From positions 72,196-136,195 of the forward strand of contig NIVC01002839.1 in the NCBI GenBank assembly GCA_002269645.1: 64,000 bases of DNA. Reading direction: 5' to 3'. Of the stretch, positions 39,110 to 53,150 are shown in pieces. The position numbers and the translations under genes are program-made. This DNA is from Macrostomum lignano (taxonomy: Eukaryota). The stretch's first letter is position 1; every line of letters begins with the position of its first letter. The notes under the pieces were generated by a model. It searched no databases. It was not told the origin of the DNA and worked only from the letters and a program-made list of their open reading frames with translations.

Positions 39110-39820
39110 TGATAACCCTGAGAGTCCAGAATCAAAGGGGTCACAATGACCACCCTGAGAGTCCAGAATCAAAGGGGTCACAATGACCACCCTGAGAGTC
39201 CAGAATCAAAGGGGTCACAATGACCACCCTGAGAGTCCAGAATCAAAGGGGTCACAATGACCACCCTGAGAGTCCAGAATCAAAGGGGTCACAATGACCA
39301 CCCTGAGAGTCCAGAATCAAAGGGGTCACAATGACCACCCTGAGAGTCCAGAATCAAAGGGGTCACAATGACCACCCTGAGAGTCCAGAATCAAAGGAGT
39401 CACAATGACCACCCTGAGAGTCCAGAATCAAATGGGTCACAATGACCACCCCGAGAGTCCAGAATCAAAGGAGTCACAATGACCACCCTGAGAGTCCAGA
39501 ATCAAAGGGGTCATAATGACCACCCTGAGAGTCCAGAATCAAATGGGTCACAATGACCACCCCGAGAGTCCAGAATCAAAGGAGTCACAATGACCACCCT
39601 GAGAGTCCAGAATCAAAGGGGTCATAATGACCACCCTGAGAGTCCAGAATCAAAGGGGTCATAATGACCACCCTGAGAGTCCAGAATCAAATGGGTCACA
39701 ATGACCACCCCGAGAGTCCAGAATCAAAGGGGTCATAATGACCACCCTGAGAGTCCAGAATCAAATGGGTCACAATGACCACCCTGAGAGTCCAGAATCA
39801 AAGGGGTCCAGTGACCACCC
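39110..39820. repeat. 37-bp minisatellite TGAGAGTCCAGAATCAAAGGGGTCACAATGACCACCC
   Basis: Visible tandem array. Confidence 0.95.
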
Positions 39821-40510
39821 TCAAAAGTTAGAACTTTATTAATATCGTATTTGTGTGCTGCTTTTACCGTACCTTTCCTGTCTGTTATCTGAACGGTTTT
39901 AGGTATTATTTTGCATTTCTATTTTTAGCTTAATTGGTGGCTCTCATTTTATCGTTGCCATGGCTTCTGTGCTTTGAATTTGATCCCTTCGCTTTAATTT
40001 CTGGGTTTTTCGTTGCTCCCAAAAATTCGGCCTTCTTGCCTTTTTGTTGTTGTTTTTTTCTGTTCCATCTTATGGAATCTCTTGCTGAGCCCCCAACTTA
40101 TCTCTGCATTAAACTAATTTCATATAGATGTAGTCTGGAAGGTTATTTGTTTCTACGTTGAAAAGTAACAGGTTAGCCATTAATTCGTGCACAAAACACC
40201 GATGCGTGCACCTGTGCCTCTGTGTCATGCGAGTTGCTTTATCTATTATTTAAGCTTGCCTATAATATATTAAACTATTATATTTCTTAATCCTACAATA
40301 GTCTGTGTAACTTGTAAAATCAGAGTCAGAACCTTCTGCAAAGAATTTCAATTTCAATAGAAATAGCAAGAAAAAGATTAATGTGCTAAATAAAACAAGA
40401 AATACTTGCTCTTATCTTCTTTAATGCGCCGTTTTGCAACAGTGAAATTTAAAAAATATTTGTTTCAGTCTTATTTGTTTGCTAATTTTAATTATCATAA
40501 TCCTTGAGAC

Positions 40511-41345
40511 GTTAGATTGAGTCATAGAGAGTCACTGATATGGTACCTTGGCTAGATTGAGTCATAAAGGATTATTGATATGACACCTACAGTTAGATTG
40601 AGTCATAGAGAGTCACTGATATGGTACCTTGGCTAGATTGAGTCATAAAGGATTATTGATATGACACCTACAGTTAGATTGAGTCATAGAGAGTCACTGA
40701 TATGGTACCTTGGCTAGATTGAGTCATAAAGGATTATTGATATGACACCTACAGTTAGATTGAGTCATAGAGTCACTGATATGGTACCTTGGCTAGATTG
40801 AGTCATAAAGGATTATTGATATGACACCTACAGTTAGATTGAGTCATAGAGAGTCACTGATATGGTACCTTGGCTAGATTGAGTCATAAAGGATTATTGA
40901 TATGACAGCTTTAGTTAGATTGAGTCATAGAGAGTCATTAGTATGACATATTGGTAAGATTTAGTCATAGAGGGTCAATAGTATAACACTCTGGTTAGAT
41001 AGAGGGTGTCATACAGGGCAATTTGTATGGCACCTTCAGAATATTTAGTCATAGAAGGTCATTGGTATGACATCTTTTGAGGACTGAGTCATATAGGTTC
41101 ATTGTTATGACACCTACGGTAGATTGCGTCATAGAGCGAGGGTCATTGGTATGACATTCAGTAGATTGAGTCATAGAGCGAGGGTCATTGGTATTACATT
41201 CAGTAGATTGAGTCATAGAGCGAGGGTCATTGGTATGACATTCAGTAGATTGAGTCATAGAGGGAGGTCATTGATATATGAAACCTCTGGTAGATTGAGT
41301 CATGAAGGGAGGCTCATGACACCTTCGGTAGATTGAGTCATAGAT
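40511..41345. repeat. Alternating 40/41-bp dimeric minisatellite carrying TGAGTCA
   Basis: A and B units alternate (81-bp higher-order period) and decay towards 41345. Confidence 0.92.
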
Positions 41346-41478
41346 AGTCATCAGTGCGACACATTGTAGACTCAAGTGACAAGATAAGAGATCGAGTCGA
41401 ATAGGTAATTGCAGCTGAAATTTCAATGCTTAAAATTTCTTTTGTCTTTCATGCGTTGCTTTGACCCACGCCGGCCAC

Positions 41479-43507
41479 ATGATCCGAGCGCTGCATTTCG
41501 TATTCAAAGTTGGCGATCGGTTTCGCACGGCGGAGTTCTACCGCAAAGTGCTGGGCATGCGGTTCCTTAGGCACGAAGAGTTCACCGAGGGCTGCGCCGC
41601 GGCCTGCAACGGTCCCTATCAGGGTCGGTGGAGCAAGTCTATGGTTGGCTACGGGCCAGAGGATGAGCACTTCGTGTTGGAGCTCACCTATAATTATGGC
41701 ATTGGACGATACGCGGCTGGTAACGACTTTGCCGGTATTGTTGTTAGGTGAGATTGATTGTTTTGTTGTTATTAGTTGCCAAATTCTTTAGGCAGTCTTA
41801 GAGATTGCTTCTAGAGGCGTTCGTTGGTTTGCATTTAAATTCTTCTTTGAGAAAATTTCTTTCGAATCTCGTTCGACCGACTTAAATCGCCCTCTCCAAC
41901 CCACCTCAAGAATCGCCCTCTCCAACCCACCTCAACAATCGCCCTCTCCAATCCACCTCAACAATCGCCCTCTCCAACCCACATCAACAATCGCCCTCTC
42001 CAACCCACCTCAACAATCGTCCCAAAGCCCCATAATTTATTATAAAAATCGCCTTGCACCCCACAGCGCCACCCGCGCCGACCTGGACCGAGCCCTCCAA
42101 TCCGGCTGGCCAACCGTGATTCCCGAAGGCGCCTCCGATGTCGTTGTTGTTCAATCGCCCGACGGTCACCGATTCGAGCTGACCATGGCTAGCCAGTATT
42201 CGATTGGGGACTCCTCGAAGGCCGGACAGTCGCGCGTTGCGGCTGTGCGACTTGCCAGCTCGAACTTGGATGCCACGGTGACCTACTGGCGAGATCTTCT
42301 GGGCTTCTGCCTGCTGGAGAGGTGACGCAACTAGATATGACTGTAGTACACTAACTAGCTCCCGACAGCTACCCCAATATCCCTCACCAATGTACACTAG
42401 CTCCCGACAGCCACCCCAATATCCCTCACCAATGTACACTAGCTCCCGACAGCCACCCCAGTATCCCTCACCAATGTACACTAGCTCCCGACTCATCTCA
42501 ATTTCCCTCACCAATGTACACTAAGCTCCCGTCAGTCACCCCAATATTCTTCACTAAATGTACACTAGCTCCCGACAGCCACAGCCACCCTAATATACCT
42601 CACCAATGTACACTAGCTCCCGACAGCCACCCCAGTATCCCTCACCAATGTACACTAAGCTCCCGTCAGTCACCCCAATATTCTTCACTAAATGTACACT
42701 AGCTCCCGACAGCCACAGCCACCCTAATATACCTCACCAATGTACACTAGCTCCCGACGCCACCCCAATATTCCTCACCTGTACACTAGCTCCCGACTCA
42801 TCTCAATTTCCCTCACCAATGTACACTAAGCTCCCGTCAGTACACTACCAGTTTCTAACTGCCTTAGCGATGTACACTGGCCCATCAGCTAGTAAACACA
42901 CTCTAGCAGAGCCACCACCTAATTGACCAATTAATTCGCTCAAACGCCAGAGACGCAGCCAAGGCAACTCTGCAGCCTGGTGCCGGGCAGTGCCGGTTAG
43001 AATTCTTCCAATTGCCGGGCGCCAACCCTACAGTGGAGCGAGCCAAAGCCTACGGCCGAGTGGCCTTCTCTTGTCCGGCTGACGCCCTGCCAGGCATTCA
43101 AGCAGCCAGCGAGCGAGCCGGACAGAAGGTGCTCACTCCGCTGCTCAGTCTGGACACGCCTGGCAAAGCTACTGTGCAGGTAAATTTTAGAGAATAAAAC
43201 CTGACCTTAAATTTGATACTTTGATACAATTGCATCATTTCTGTAGATTTTCTGTAAAATATGTTACTTTTTTCTTGTCGTTCTACTATAAGTAGATCAA
43301 TTCGGCATACTGCATTTTTAAAATAAATTATCGCAGGTGGTCATCCTAGCCGATCCTGACGGACACGAGATTTGCTTTGTCGGCGACGAGGCATTTCGCC
43401 AGCTGTCGCAGGTCGATCCCAAGGCTGATAGCCTGCTCGACGAGGCTATGGCCGGCGACAAAAGCGCCGAGTGGTTCGCTAAACGTGGTGGAAAAGCCGA
43501 CGCTTGA
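41479..43507 (+). CDS. GLOD4: Glyoxalase domain-containing protein 4 (exons 41479-41747, 42067-42321, 42951-43179, 43337-43507)
   Basis: [12 protein letters not shown]...[17 protein letters not shown]...[16 protein letters not shown]; SPDGHRF; YGRVAFSCP; [10 protein letters not shown]|[24 protein letters not shown]. Confidence 0.96.
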
Positions 43508-46429
43508 AGATGATTGAAAAAACGAATTTATCTCTCAAATTTTAAGTCACAAATATTCCAAAAAGAACTTAATTTATGCTATTTTGTCCAAAATTTGAAT
43601 ATTTATCTTTCTGTAAATCATTTAAAAAGATTAAGAATTTCTATGTCAACTATATTTTTGAGAAGAACTGCTTCCAGTAGTGTGTATCACGTTTTGTTAT
43701 TTCATTCTTAAGCTATATCGAGCGCCATTCTTCAGAACTAATTATAAATTTCTTGCAATATGCTTACTTTTTTCCATCTTCCCCTGTTTTGCATGCAAAA
43801 TCTTTGATTGTTTCACTGTAGTAAAAAATCATTTTGCAAATATTATTACAAAATTTCTACTTGACTTTTTACTAGTTATGATAATAAACGAATAATTTCT
43901 GTCTAATTATTTATAATATATTTCATTTTTCTATCCTAAAACTGATTGATTGCTATCTTCGTTTTGTTTCGTGCACTAAAGCGTACGGTTTTGTGCATGT
44001 GCATTCATGTCCATGCAGCAGCTAACAGAACAGACAAATATTAAAAGCACCTACGTAGCGACACGGTACGATATAGAAAATCAGCAGAATGAGAACCAGT
44101 TATTATTACACTTATTCCACTATTAATATACTACGTGCCTTATTGCAGGTCTGTTTTCAAGATTGATTTTGAAATAACAATTCAGACTCGGATTCGGATT
44201 TACTAGCATTGGGCTCCAGCGATTATTGCAAGGCTTCTGTCTGCATATGGTATTTTTGACATGTATTTAGGAATTTCAGTCGAAAAAGCTCGTGCGTGCA
44301 CAGTGCGCTGCACAATGTAAATGCATAATTATTAATCCTACTAAATCCTGATTAAGATATAATGCTTCTGAGCGCTTTATCTGTTCCTGGCAGAAGAAAT
44401 ACTCAACTTTCTTTGTCAGATATATTATTTATCAAATAATTTATCACAAATTTGCCCAAGGACCACTGTATAATAGCAGTATAAAACTATACAGTGGTAA
44501 TTAAATTGGCAGCTCGTATTCATGACATCTGGGTTTGAATTACGCCATGTAAAGTAAATGTCCCGTCGTGTCAAATTGCTTAGTTCGCTCCTAAAAAACG
44601 CTTTACGCTTGTATCAAAAACCAGTCTAATTTTTACTTAATCTTTGTGGTAAATAAATGCGACTTTTGGTAACTTTTATTGCTTATATTTTGTTCATTCC
44701 GGTAAGTATAAACTTGAATTTAATTTAGTATTTATTCGGAGTAAGCTGACAATCCTTAAACTTTTACTATTAGAAGTAATGTTTCTCAATTTTAATATTA
44801 ATTATAATATTTTACTAATCATTAATACCAAATCTTGTTTTCTTAATTAGCTAGGCCTTCAATAATTTATTTCTTACTGGTCTGTTTTGAAGTATGTATC
44901 AGCAATAAAACATTTAAACAATAAAATAACTTTTTTATTTTAAACTATTTTTCACAGAAGACTGCCAGTAAACAATGCTAATGGTTATAGAAATGCTTTC
45001 GTTTTGCTACTTTTATACATTTCTTTGCTTTTCAGTTATATTTACTACTGTCTCTCTTTACTCTTTCCATTAATAGGCCTATATAATGTTCACTTTTAAA
45101 GTTTAAGTGTGATAAATATTATAGGCCTCTTTCCTAGGCCTCTTTATAGGCCTCTTTGACTGAAAATTTGCTGTCTGGCATAGCTTTTGGATAGCTCCGA
45201 CTGTGATGCCATGCATTTTTTCTTTTTAAATGCTACACTGCTATGTGAAGCATGCAAAAAAACTTTTTAACTTCGTGATGCATGCCAAAGATCTGGTACT
45301 AGATAGACTGCCTATGACTATGTTGCATACAAGAATTTTCTCCGAAACAGTATTGTTGGGAGTATGGAACATGGGAGTATTAACAAATTCTGGCCATTTT
45401 GCCATCAAACTTTTTTGGCTAGACAATTTATCTTTATCCCAAGGCCTTAGGGCCCTTGGGCCTTGGCTTTCCTATAGATAGGGCCTATCAATTCTATAGT
45501 TTCTATAATCTAGTATTCTAAAAATGAAAAAGTTGTTTGCTTGCTTATATGCAATCAATTATCTCCCAAACAGCTCAACCAACTTTTGCTGTTTCTTCGC
45601 CAAAATATGTCAAATATGTCAGGGATGGACGATAGGCCTAGTACATGCATTTTTATTAAGCTCTAGCTCATTGATAAAGGAATTATCGATGCCAACTGAT
45701 AAGAAAACTCATTGCACCCCACTACCTTGATAATTACTCTATTTAAATTGTGTAACCATTAAAAGGGGGATATAATAAAACTTCTAGATGCTGGCAGACA
45801 GCTCTAATTAGCTAGTCTAAATATACTAAAAACAAAAAGTTTCTAGCTTGTATGCAATCAATTTTCTCCTAAACAGGTCAACCAATTTTCTCCCTTTCTT
45901 TGCCAAAAGATGTCAAATGTGCCTGGCATGGTAAATATATTTTTATTAAGCTCTAGCTTATTGCTAAATGGAATTAATATTGAAAAACTGTATTTTCCCT
46001 ATCTAGCCCCCCCCCCCCTAATTGGTGTATTTTTTTGCAGTGAAAGCTCAATATGTCTATGGCTATAGACTAAACTTCAATTTCTTGAGCTGATGCTACA
46101 AGCTATAAAAATTAAATATTTGAAAGTAAAAACTATTAAATATATACAAGGGAAAAAAATTCTCAGTGGCTGTGTATGTACATTCTGATCCTGGCTAACT
46201 GGCAGACTGCATATACAATTGCTATTTATAGATTTCACTCAACTATGCATTGGCTCTGCCTGCACACTGAGCAGCCTATCGCTGCTATGTATTTGACTGC
46301 AGTGCTAAAGCATATATGGCTGATATTCTAACCCTCCAATCAATAGGCAGAGTAGCCGCACTGTAGGCACTATGACTGTTTAGGCCAGGCATAAGGTCCC
46401 TAGTCTCAGGTGCTTGCTAAGACTAGGTG

Positions 46430-46535
46430 ATGCTTGCTATATGGGGGATGCTTGCTGTCTAGGGGAGCTTGCTGTCTGGGGATGCTTGCTGTCTGGGGGA
46501 TGCTTGCTGTCTGGTGGATTCTTGCTGTCTGGGAG
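46430..46535. repeat. Short array related to the 17-bp GGGATGCTTGCTATCCA satellite
   Basis: GGGGATGCTTGCTGTCT units. Confidence 0.8.
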
Positions 46536-47549
46536 ATTGATTGTTTGCTATATTACTTCATTACATTTTTTCTTTGCTCCCGATAGGGGTATACATTGCT
46601 AGTAATATACTATTTCTATTCTAGAAAATCCAAAGAATCTAGATCAACATTACAATACAATATACAATACAAGCAAACTTGATACAATATCACAAGATCT
46701 TCAAAACACATTTGTCTTAATTGTCAAGTTATTATTTAAATTAAATTAATTTTGTCTTTTTACTCATTCTTTGAGTGGCTTTCTTTCTTTGCCACCTTTA
46801 GCTTTATGTTTATAAGGTACTATCCACATATTGTTTTTTATTCCAACAGGGCCAATGTCTAATAGGCTGTATCATAATTATAGCAATACTTTTTTATCCC
46901 ATGAATAAAGTTTTTTGTACTTATTATTATAATTGTTATTTGCCAAAACATTCCAGACTTTATTAGAGGCAGAGGCTGTATATTGTAGCATTCTAAGCAA
47001 TGTTGTCAATACCACTAGCAAGAGAAATTACTGCTTATTCTTTTAACTCACCTGAGCAGGTACACAACCATATCAGATATATATGCAGTCAATATACATA
47101 GGCACATACTCACATTGGAGTGTTAGCAAGCCTAACTTTATTTATTGTTAGGTGTGTAAATTTCACTGTGCCTTTAAGGGGTTGGTCTTCAAGGGTGCAA
47201 GTAGACCCAAGCCAAGATTCCAATTTAGCCCCAAATTAATATGACTTTATTTGGAATCAAGCCTGGGCTGCTTGCACACAGGATGCTGAATCAATATACC
47301 ATACTAGGCTACAACCCCACATAGTTCTATATTTTTTTGGATATCAAGACATTTGCATTGTGCAACTTCTTTAGGTCAGAAAGGCTTAACAATGTAAGTG
47401 GTAAGGTAGTGTAGAGATGTTCATATTTTTTGACTGATGCCAGCTGGCATCTTTGCTCCTATCTTGAAAGGAAAGTTGAATATTTCACATAATTATTCAC
47501 CAACATGAAGCAAAATGTGTGCTATCTTGCAGACCCAAAATCAGGCAAC

Positions 47550-47762
47550 ATGCCAGTCCCCGAGCACAGGAAAGAACACGTTGCCAAACTTGAACGCGAT
47601 TTGGCCTCTGTGACTCGCGAATATCAAATGAATCGAATGAAATCGTCTGAAACCATACCCCAGATACTGCAGTACATCAAGGACCACGCCAATGAGGACC
47701 ATCTGCTGCATCCAGCCAAGGAAAATCCGTTCAATCCCAAGCGCTCCTGCGTACTTCTTTAA
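47550..47762 (+). CDS. Heterotrimeric G-protein gamma subunit (70 aa)
   Basis: GGL-like RMKSSETIPQILQYIKDHANEDHLL...ENPF and CaaX box CVLL-stop; splice acceptor upstream at about 47531. Confidence 0.9.
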   Translation: MPVPEHRKEHVAKLERDLASVTREYQMNRMKSSETIPQILQYIKDHANEDHLLHPAKENPFNPKRSCVLL

Positions 47763-48149
47763 ACTAATTTTATGCTTTGAAATCTCTTTTAGCTGGGTTA
47801 ATAACTTGATTCATTATTGATTTTCGGGTCTGTTTTTCGGCTTTTGTACTTGCTATTTTTCTAGTGTAGTTTGGATTAGTTTATTAAACTGTTATATTTT
47901 TCATTAGCAAAGATTTCACACGTGTCTCCTGTTCTGTCCATTGTACTATTATTTTGAATTGTTGAAACGTTAAAGCATTGTAACTGTATTAAGATATCTT
48001 TGTCTTTATCTTTGATATATCAAAGATATCTTTGATCTTTGTTTTAATTATTGATTTTTGCTCTCTGAATATCAGATTCAGTTAGTCATCGATCTACCAT
48101 GCTCTTGAAATCTATTTAGTTACTGTTTACCAAATTATTTAGGCCACTG

Positions 48150-48885
48150 GTCTACCAGATTCAGTAAGGTCACTGATCTACCAGATTCAGTAGGTCACTG
48201 ATCTACCAGATTCAGTAGGTCACTGATCCACCAGATTCAGTAAGGTCACTGATCTACCAGATTCAGTAGGTCACTGATCTACCAGATTCAGTTGGTCACT
48301 GATCTACCAAATGCTGTAGGTCACTTATCTACCAGATTCAGTAGGTCACTGATCTACCAGATTCAGTATGGTCACTGATCTACCAGATTCAGTAGGTCAC
48401 TGATCTACCAAATGCTGTAGGTCACTTATCTACCAGATTCAGTAGGTCACTGATCTACCAGATTCAGTATGGTCACTGATCTACCAGATTCAGTAGGTCA
48501 CTTATCTACCAGATTCAGTAGGTCACTGATCTACCAGATTCAGTAAGGTCACTTATCTACCAGATTCAGTAGGTCACTGATCTACCAGATTCAGTAGGTC
48601 ACTGATCTACCAGATTCAGTAGGTCACTGATCTACCAGATGCTGTAGGTCACTGATCTACCAGATTCAGTAGGTCACTGATCTACCAGATGCTGTAGGTC
48701 ACTGATCTACCAGATGCTGTAGGTCACTGATCTACCAGATTCAGTAAGGTCACTGATCTACCAGATTCAGTAGGTCACTGATCTACCAGATTCAGTAGGT
48801 CACTGATCTACCAGATTCAGTAAGGTCACTTATCTACCAGATTCAGTAGGTCACTGATCTACCAGATGCTGTAGGTTACTGATCT
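48150..48885. repeat. 25/26-bp minisatellite GGTCACTGATCTACCAGATTCAGTA
   Basis: Visible tandem array. Confidence 0.95.
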
Positions 48886-49794
48886 ATCATATTATGTTGG
48901 GTATCAATCTAGATTGTGTAGGTCACTGATGTAATGTGAGCATTAGGTGTACTACTTAGTTTTACAGCAACTAATCAACTAATTTTCAGCGTTTAGTTAT
49001 TGAAGTTTCTGTGTCCAATTTTTAACGACGAAAATATCAGTTATTAATTTGTCGCTGGTTTAACAAACAATTAATTATAAATTATTGCAATCGAGTTTTT
49101 ATTTAAGTTGTGTGCTTTTGTGTATATTGACAGCAACTAATTACAGTAGTATAAGCAACTGTTGCTTGCTTTGCTTATATTATAACTGACCTACTGCTGC
49201 AATACTATGCTTCGCAAAATTGTCATTTATTATGTTAATTAAAAATATAGTTACTTTCTCTATAGCTGTTTTTGTTAGTTTACAGTAAAACTCAAGTAAA
49301 TTTACCCTTAATTGATTAGTAGGCACTCCAGGCTTTTTGCTTTTTTGTTCCGCTTCATTTATTAGCTAATTTTTGTCACCTGTCCTAATTGTCTCTTCTA
49401 AGTCAACTTTTGAATCAACTACTGATTAGGGCTTGATAAAGTAGTATGTAGCGAAATGTTGCTATTTTTTGTGCAATACATTTTTGCAATAATTTTTTAA
49501 CAAGAATTGTGTCTCTCTAATTAAGGTCGGTCTATTTTCCAAAAGGATTCAATTGATTGTTGAAAGATCTTTTTGTCGAAGATCAACGATTTTTTTATTC
49601 TAGATATTTATTACATAATTAATTGATAATTAACTTTTTTGAAATTATTCGCTCGACACAGTCTTTATATATATATAAATAGATGTATATTATTACACTT
49701 GTCTATGCTTATTGTGCAATCCTATGTCGGTTTTTTATGACTTATTTTCTTTTGTATACTGTCTAGTCATGAAATATCCCACTAATATTTTAAA

Positions 49795-50735
49795 CTAGAT
49801 AATCTCCCAAATCTACCCCCGATAATCTCCCAAGTATACCCTAAATAATTTCCAAAATCTACATCAGATAGTCTCCCAAATCTACCTCAGAGAATCTCCC
49901 GAATCTACCTTTTTTATTAGAGGCAGGGGGGTTGTGTGCACCCTGGCGCACTTTAAGCGACATAGGCACACAACCGGTGAGAGGCATTGCTGCCCATTCC
50001 GCCGACTCCCCTGAGCAGGCATACAAGCGCGCGGATACGTACGCATGCACACGCTCACACAGGAGTGTACAGCGGCCCTAACTTTATATTATCGTTAGGC
50101 ATGTACACTTCACTGCGCCTTGGGGGGTTGGCTCTCAAGGCCGTTAATTGCACGAGCAGAGCCAAGCCGAGATTCCAATTCAGCCCCAAATTAATGTGAC
50201 TGCACTTGGAATCGAGCCTGGGTCGCTGGAACACCGACCATCTCCCAAATGTACCCCAGATAATCTCCCAAATATACCATAAATAAATCTCCCAAATCTA
50301 CCTCAGAGAATCTCCCGAATCTACCTTTGATAATCTCCCAAATCTACCCCAGATAATCTCCCAAATCTACCTTAGGTAAAATCCCGAATCTACCTCAGAT
50401 AATCTAATCTCCCAAATCTATCTTAGATAATCTCCCAAATATACCCTAAATAATCTCCCGAATCTACCTCAGATAATCTCCCAAATATACCATAAATAAT
50501 CTCTCAAATCTACCTCAGAGAATCTCCCGAATCTACCTTTGATAATCTCCTAAATCTACCTCAGATAATCTCCCAAATCTACCTTAGAAAAGTTTCCAAA
50601 TCTACCTTAGATAAACTCCCAAATCTACCTAAGATAGACTCCCAAATCTACCTTAGATAATCTCCCAAATCTACCTAAGATAGACTCCCAAATCTACCTT
50701 AGATAATCTCCCCTAAATCTACCTTAGATAATTTT
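49795..50735. repeat. ~23-bp minisatellite AATCTCCCAAATCTACCTCAGAT interrupted by a dispersed repeat at about 49915-50235
   Basis: The array resumes on both sides of a GC-richer insert that has diverged relatives at about 47040-47285 and 28215-28310. Confidence 0.85.
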
Positions 50736-50952
50736 GCAAATCTTCTTCTACTTATTACCTGACTCATGGGCTGAATATTATGCAAATTGTCTTAAAATAT
50801 CTTCCATAAAGTCCGGAGTTAATTAGTTCAGTCACCACAAAACCTCGTTTTTTAATCTTCTAATTTAATGATCTGTTGCAATCTTCAAAGCGGAGTTAAC
50901 TGCGAATTATAAATTTTTACCACACGCAACGACCCTAGCCACAATTTTACGC

Positions 50953-51432
50953 ATGTCGGCCGCCGCCGCAGCCTCATCAGCCGCCTCAGTCACCGAGCCA
51001 GACGAGTTCTCATTTAGCGACAGCGATGAAGAATCGCCTAATCGACTCTACAAAGAATCTGGCGGTCCGCCAGACAGCATGATGATGCAACTATTCGAAG
51101 AGATCAGCAAAGGCGGCGGCGAACTCAAACTAGAATGGAAACGGCCTCAGCTTCCGACTGCCGGCGACAATGCCGCTTCATCTGCTACGGAATCGACGGC
51201 CAATGTGTCAACTGCAACGACAAGTGCAAGTGCTGCGAGCACTTCGTCAACTTCCACAGCCGCCGTCGCTGCCACAGCCAATCCGTTTGAATTCAGCGAC
51301 GCTCCTGAAGGCGACAGTCTAGTCGGCGCGGGTTCTACCGCTGTTGGATCGTCGACTGTTGGCGCCGGGACTGCGGTGGCCGCGGCGCCTCAGCTGCGTC
51401 CACGGGGCGGCCTGCACTCGGCGAAGTTGCTT

Positions 51433-51463
<31 letters not shown>

Positions 51464-52615
51464 CGTCGCAGATGGAAAAAATTCTTGGCGATTATATGCG
51501 CAGTCGAGGCAAAATGGTCAGTTGGTCCCGCAAAAATGCGCTTATCTTCTCTTTTTTCAGTAGCATAATAAGCGTTTTTGTCCTAAAAGTGTTGTGCAAG
51601 CATCTTCACCCAGTTTGAAACTATACCCAAATCCAGAGCAAGAGAGAAAAGCGGCACCGAAAGAGGTCTGGCTTTGACCTCTCTCCTAACTGCTCTCTCA
51701 TTGGGTGAGCTGGATTGGGCCTGCCCCTGGGCTGAGTTTTGTCCGTCTGACTTTGACCCTCTTTCCTTACTGCTCTCTCATTGGCTGAGCAAGATTAGAC
51801 TTGCCCCCTGGACTGAATTTCGTCCGTCTGACTTTAACCTCTGTCCTTACTGCTCTCTCATTGGCTGAGCAAGATTAGACCTGCCCCCTGGACTGAATTT
51901 CGTCCGTCTGACTTTAACCTCTGTCCTTACTGCTCTCTCATTGGCTGAGCAAGATTAGACCTGCCCCCTGGACTGAATTTCGTCCGTCTGACTTTAACCT
52001 CTGTCCTTACTGCTCTCTCATTGGCTGAGCAAGATTAGACCTGCCCCCTGGACTGTTTCGTCCGTCTGACTTTAACCTCTCTCCTCTCTCATTGGCTGAG
52101 TAGATTGGGCCTGCCCTAGGCTGATATTCATTTGTCTTGGGTTTACTTGTGTACATCGAGTTAAATGCTTGTTGTTGATTCTTAACCCCATATTTCTACA
52201 TGCCTTCAGGAAAAGTGGTGCAGGACTGAAGGTAGCAGATGTTCAAATACTACTGAATCGACAGTTTCCGCTGTCTAAGAATAGATGCAGAACTTCCACA
52301 TCTACTACTTGATTAATAGAAAGTATAGCTAGTGTCCGGAAAATTTGGCGAATTATACGCGTACTCGGGGGTCACGCGAATTGGCATAACTGATAGACCG
52401 TCTGCCCCCCCCCCTCTATTCATCAAGGTGGACCCAGTGAAGCTGCAGCAGCAGGTTCAGCAAGTGCAGCAGCCGCTGCAGCCGCTACCGCCCCAGCCAA
52501 CTGGTACAGCTGGGGTCGGCCTCTCCCGCGTGGTGGTCACCCAGCACGGGGCTGTCAATATTGGTGTGCCAATCACTATCCAACAGAAGCCGCCAGGTGA
52601 GATGCACGCATTGAT

Positions 52616-52650
<35 letters not shown>

Positions 52651-53150
52651 AACATCACCAGCATCATCAGCAGCCGCAGCAACACCAGCAGCATCCGCAA
52701 AATCAGCAGCAGCCGCACCAGCAGTTGCGTCAGCCGCAGTTTATCGCTCTGGATCAGCGGGCGTCGCTTGATCGTTTCTTTCAGCAGCAGCAGCAGCAAC
52801 AGCAACACCAGCAGCATCCTCAGCATCATCCGCAGCAGCATCAGCAACAGCATCCAATTCGTCCGGCTCACATTGTTCATCTAATCCAGGGACCCCAGCT
52901 GCATCAGTTGATTCAGCATCATCAGCAGCAGCAGCAGCGTCCACAGCATCATCCGCAGCATCATCATCAGGCGGCTCCGCCTCACGGATTTGCCGCTGCT
53001 CATAGTGTTGGCCAGCCGATTCAGGTGAGCCTGGCTCCTATTGGAGCTATGCAACATCAGCAGCAGCAACAGCAGCAGCAGCAGCAGCAGCAACAGCAAC
53101 AGCAGCAACAGCCTCAGCTGCACATTGGTCACAATGCTGTGTCATCCTGA
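50953..53150 (+). CDS. PAGR1: PAXIP1-associated glutamate-rich protein 1-like (exons 50953-51516 and 52428-53150) with a Gln/His-rich C-terminal exon
   Basis: FSFSDSDEE, PPDSMMMQLFEEISKGGGELKLEW, PFEFSD and QMEKILGDYMRSR parallel the conserved PAGR1 blocks as I recall them. Phase-0 GT-AG join to VDPVKLQQQ. Confidence 0.65.
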
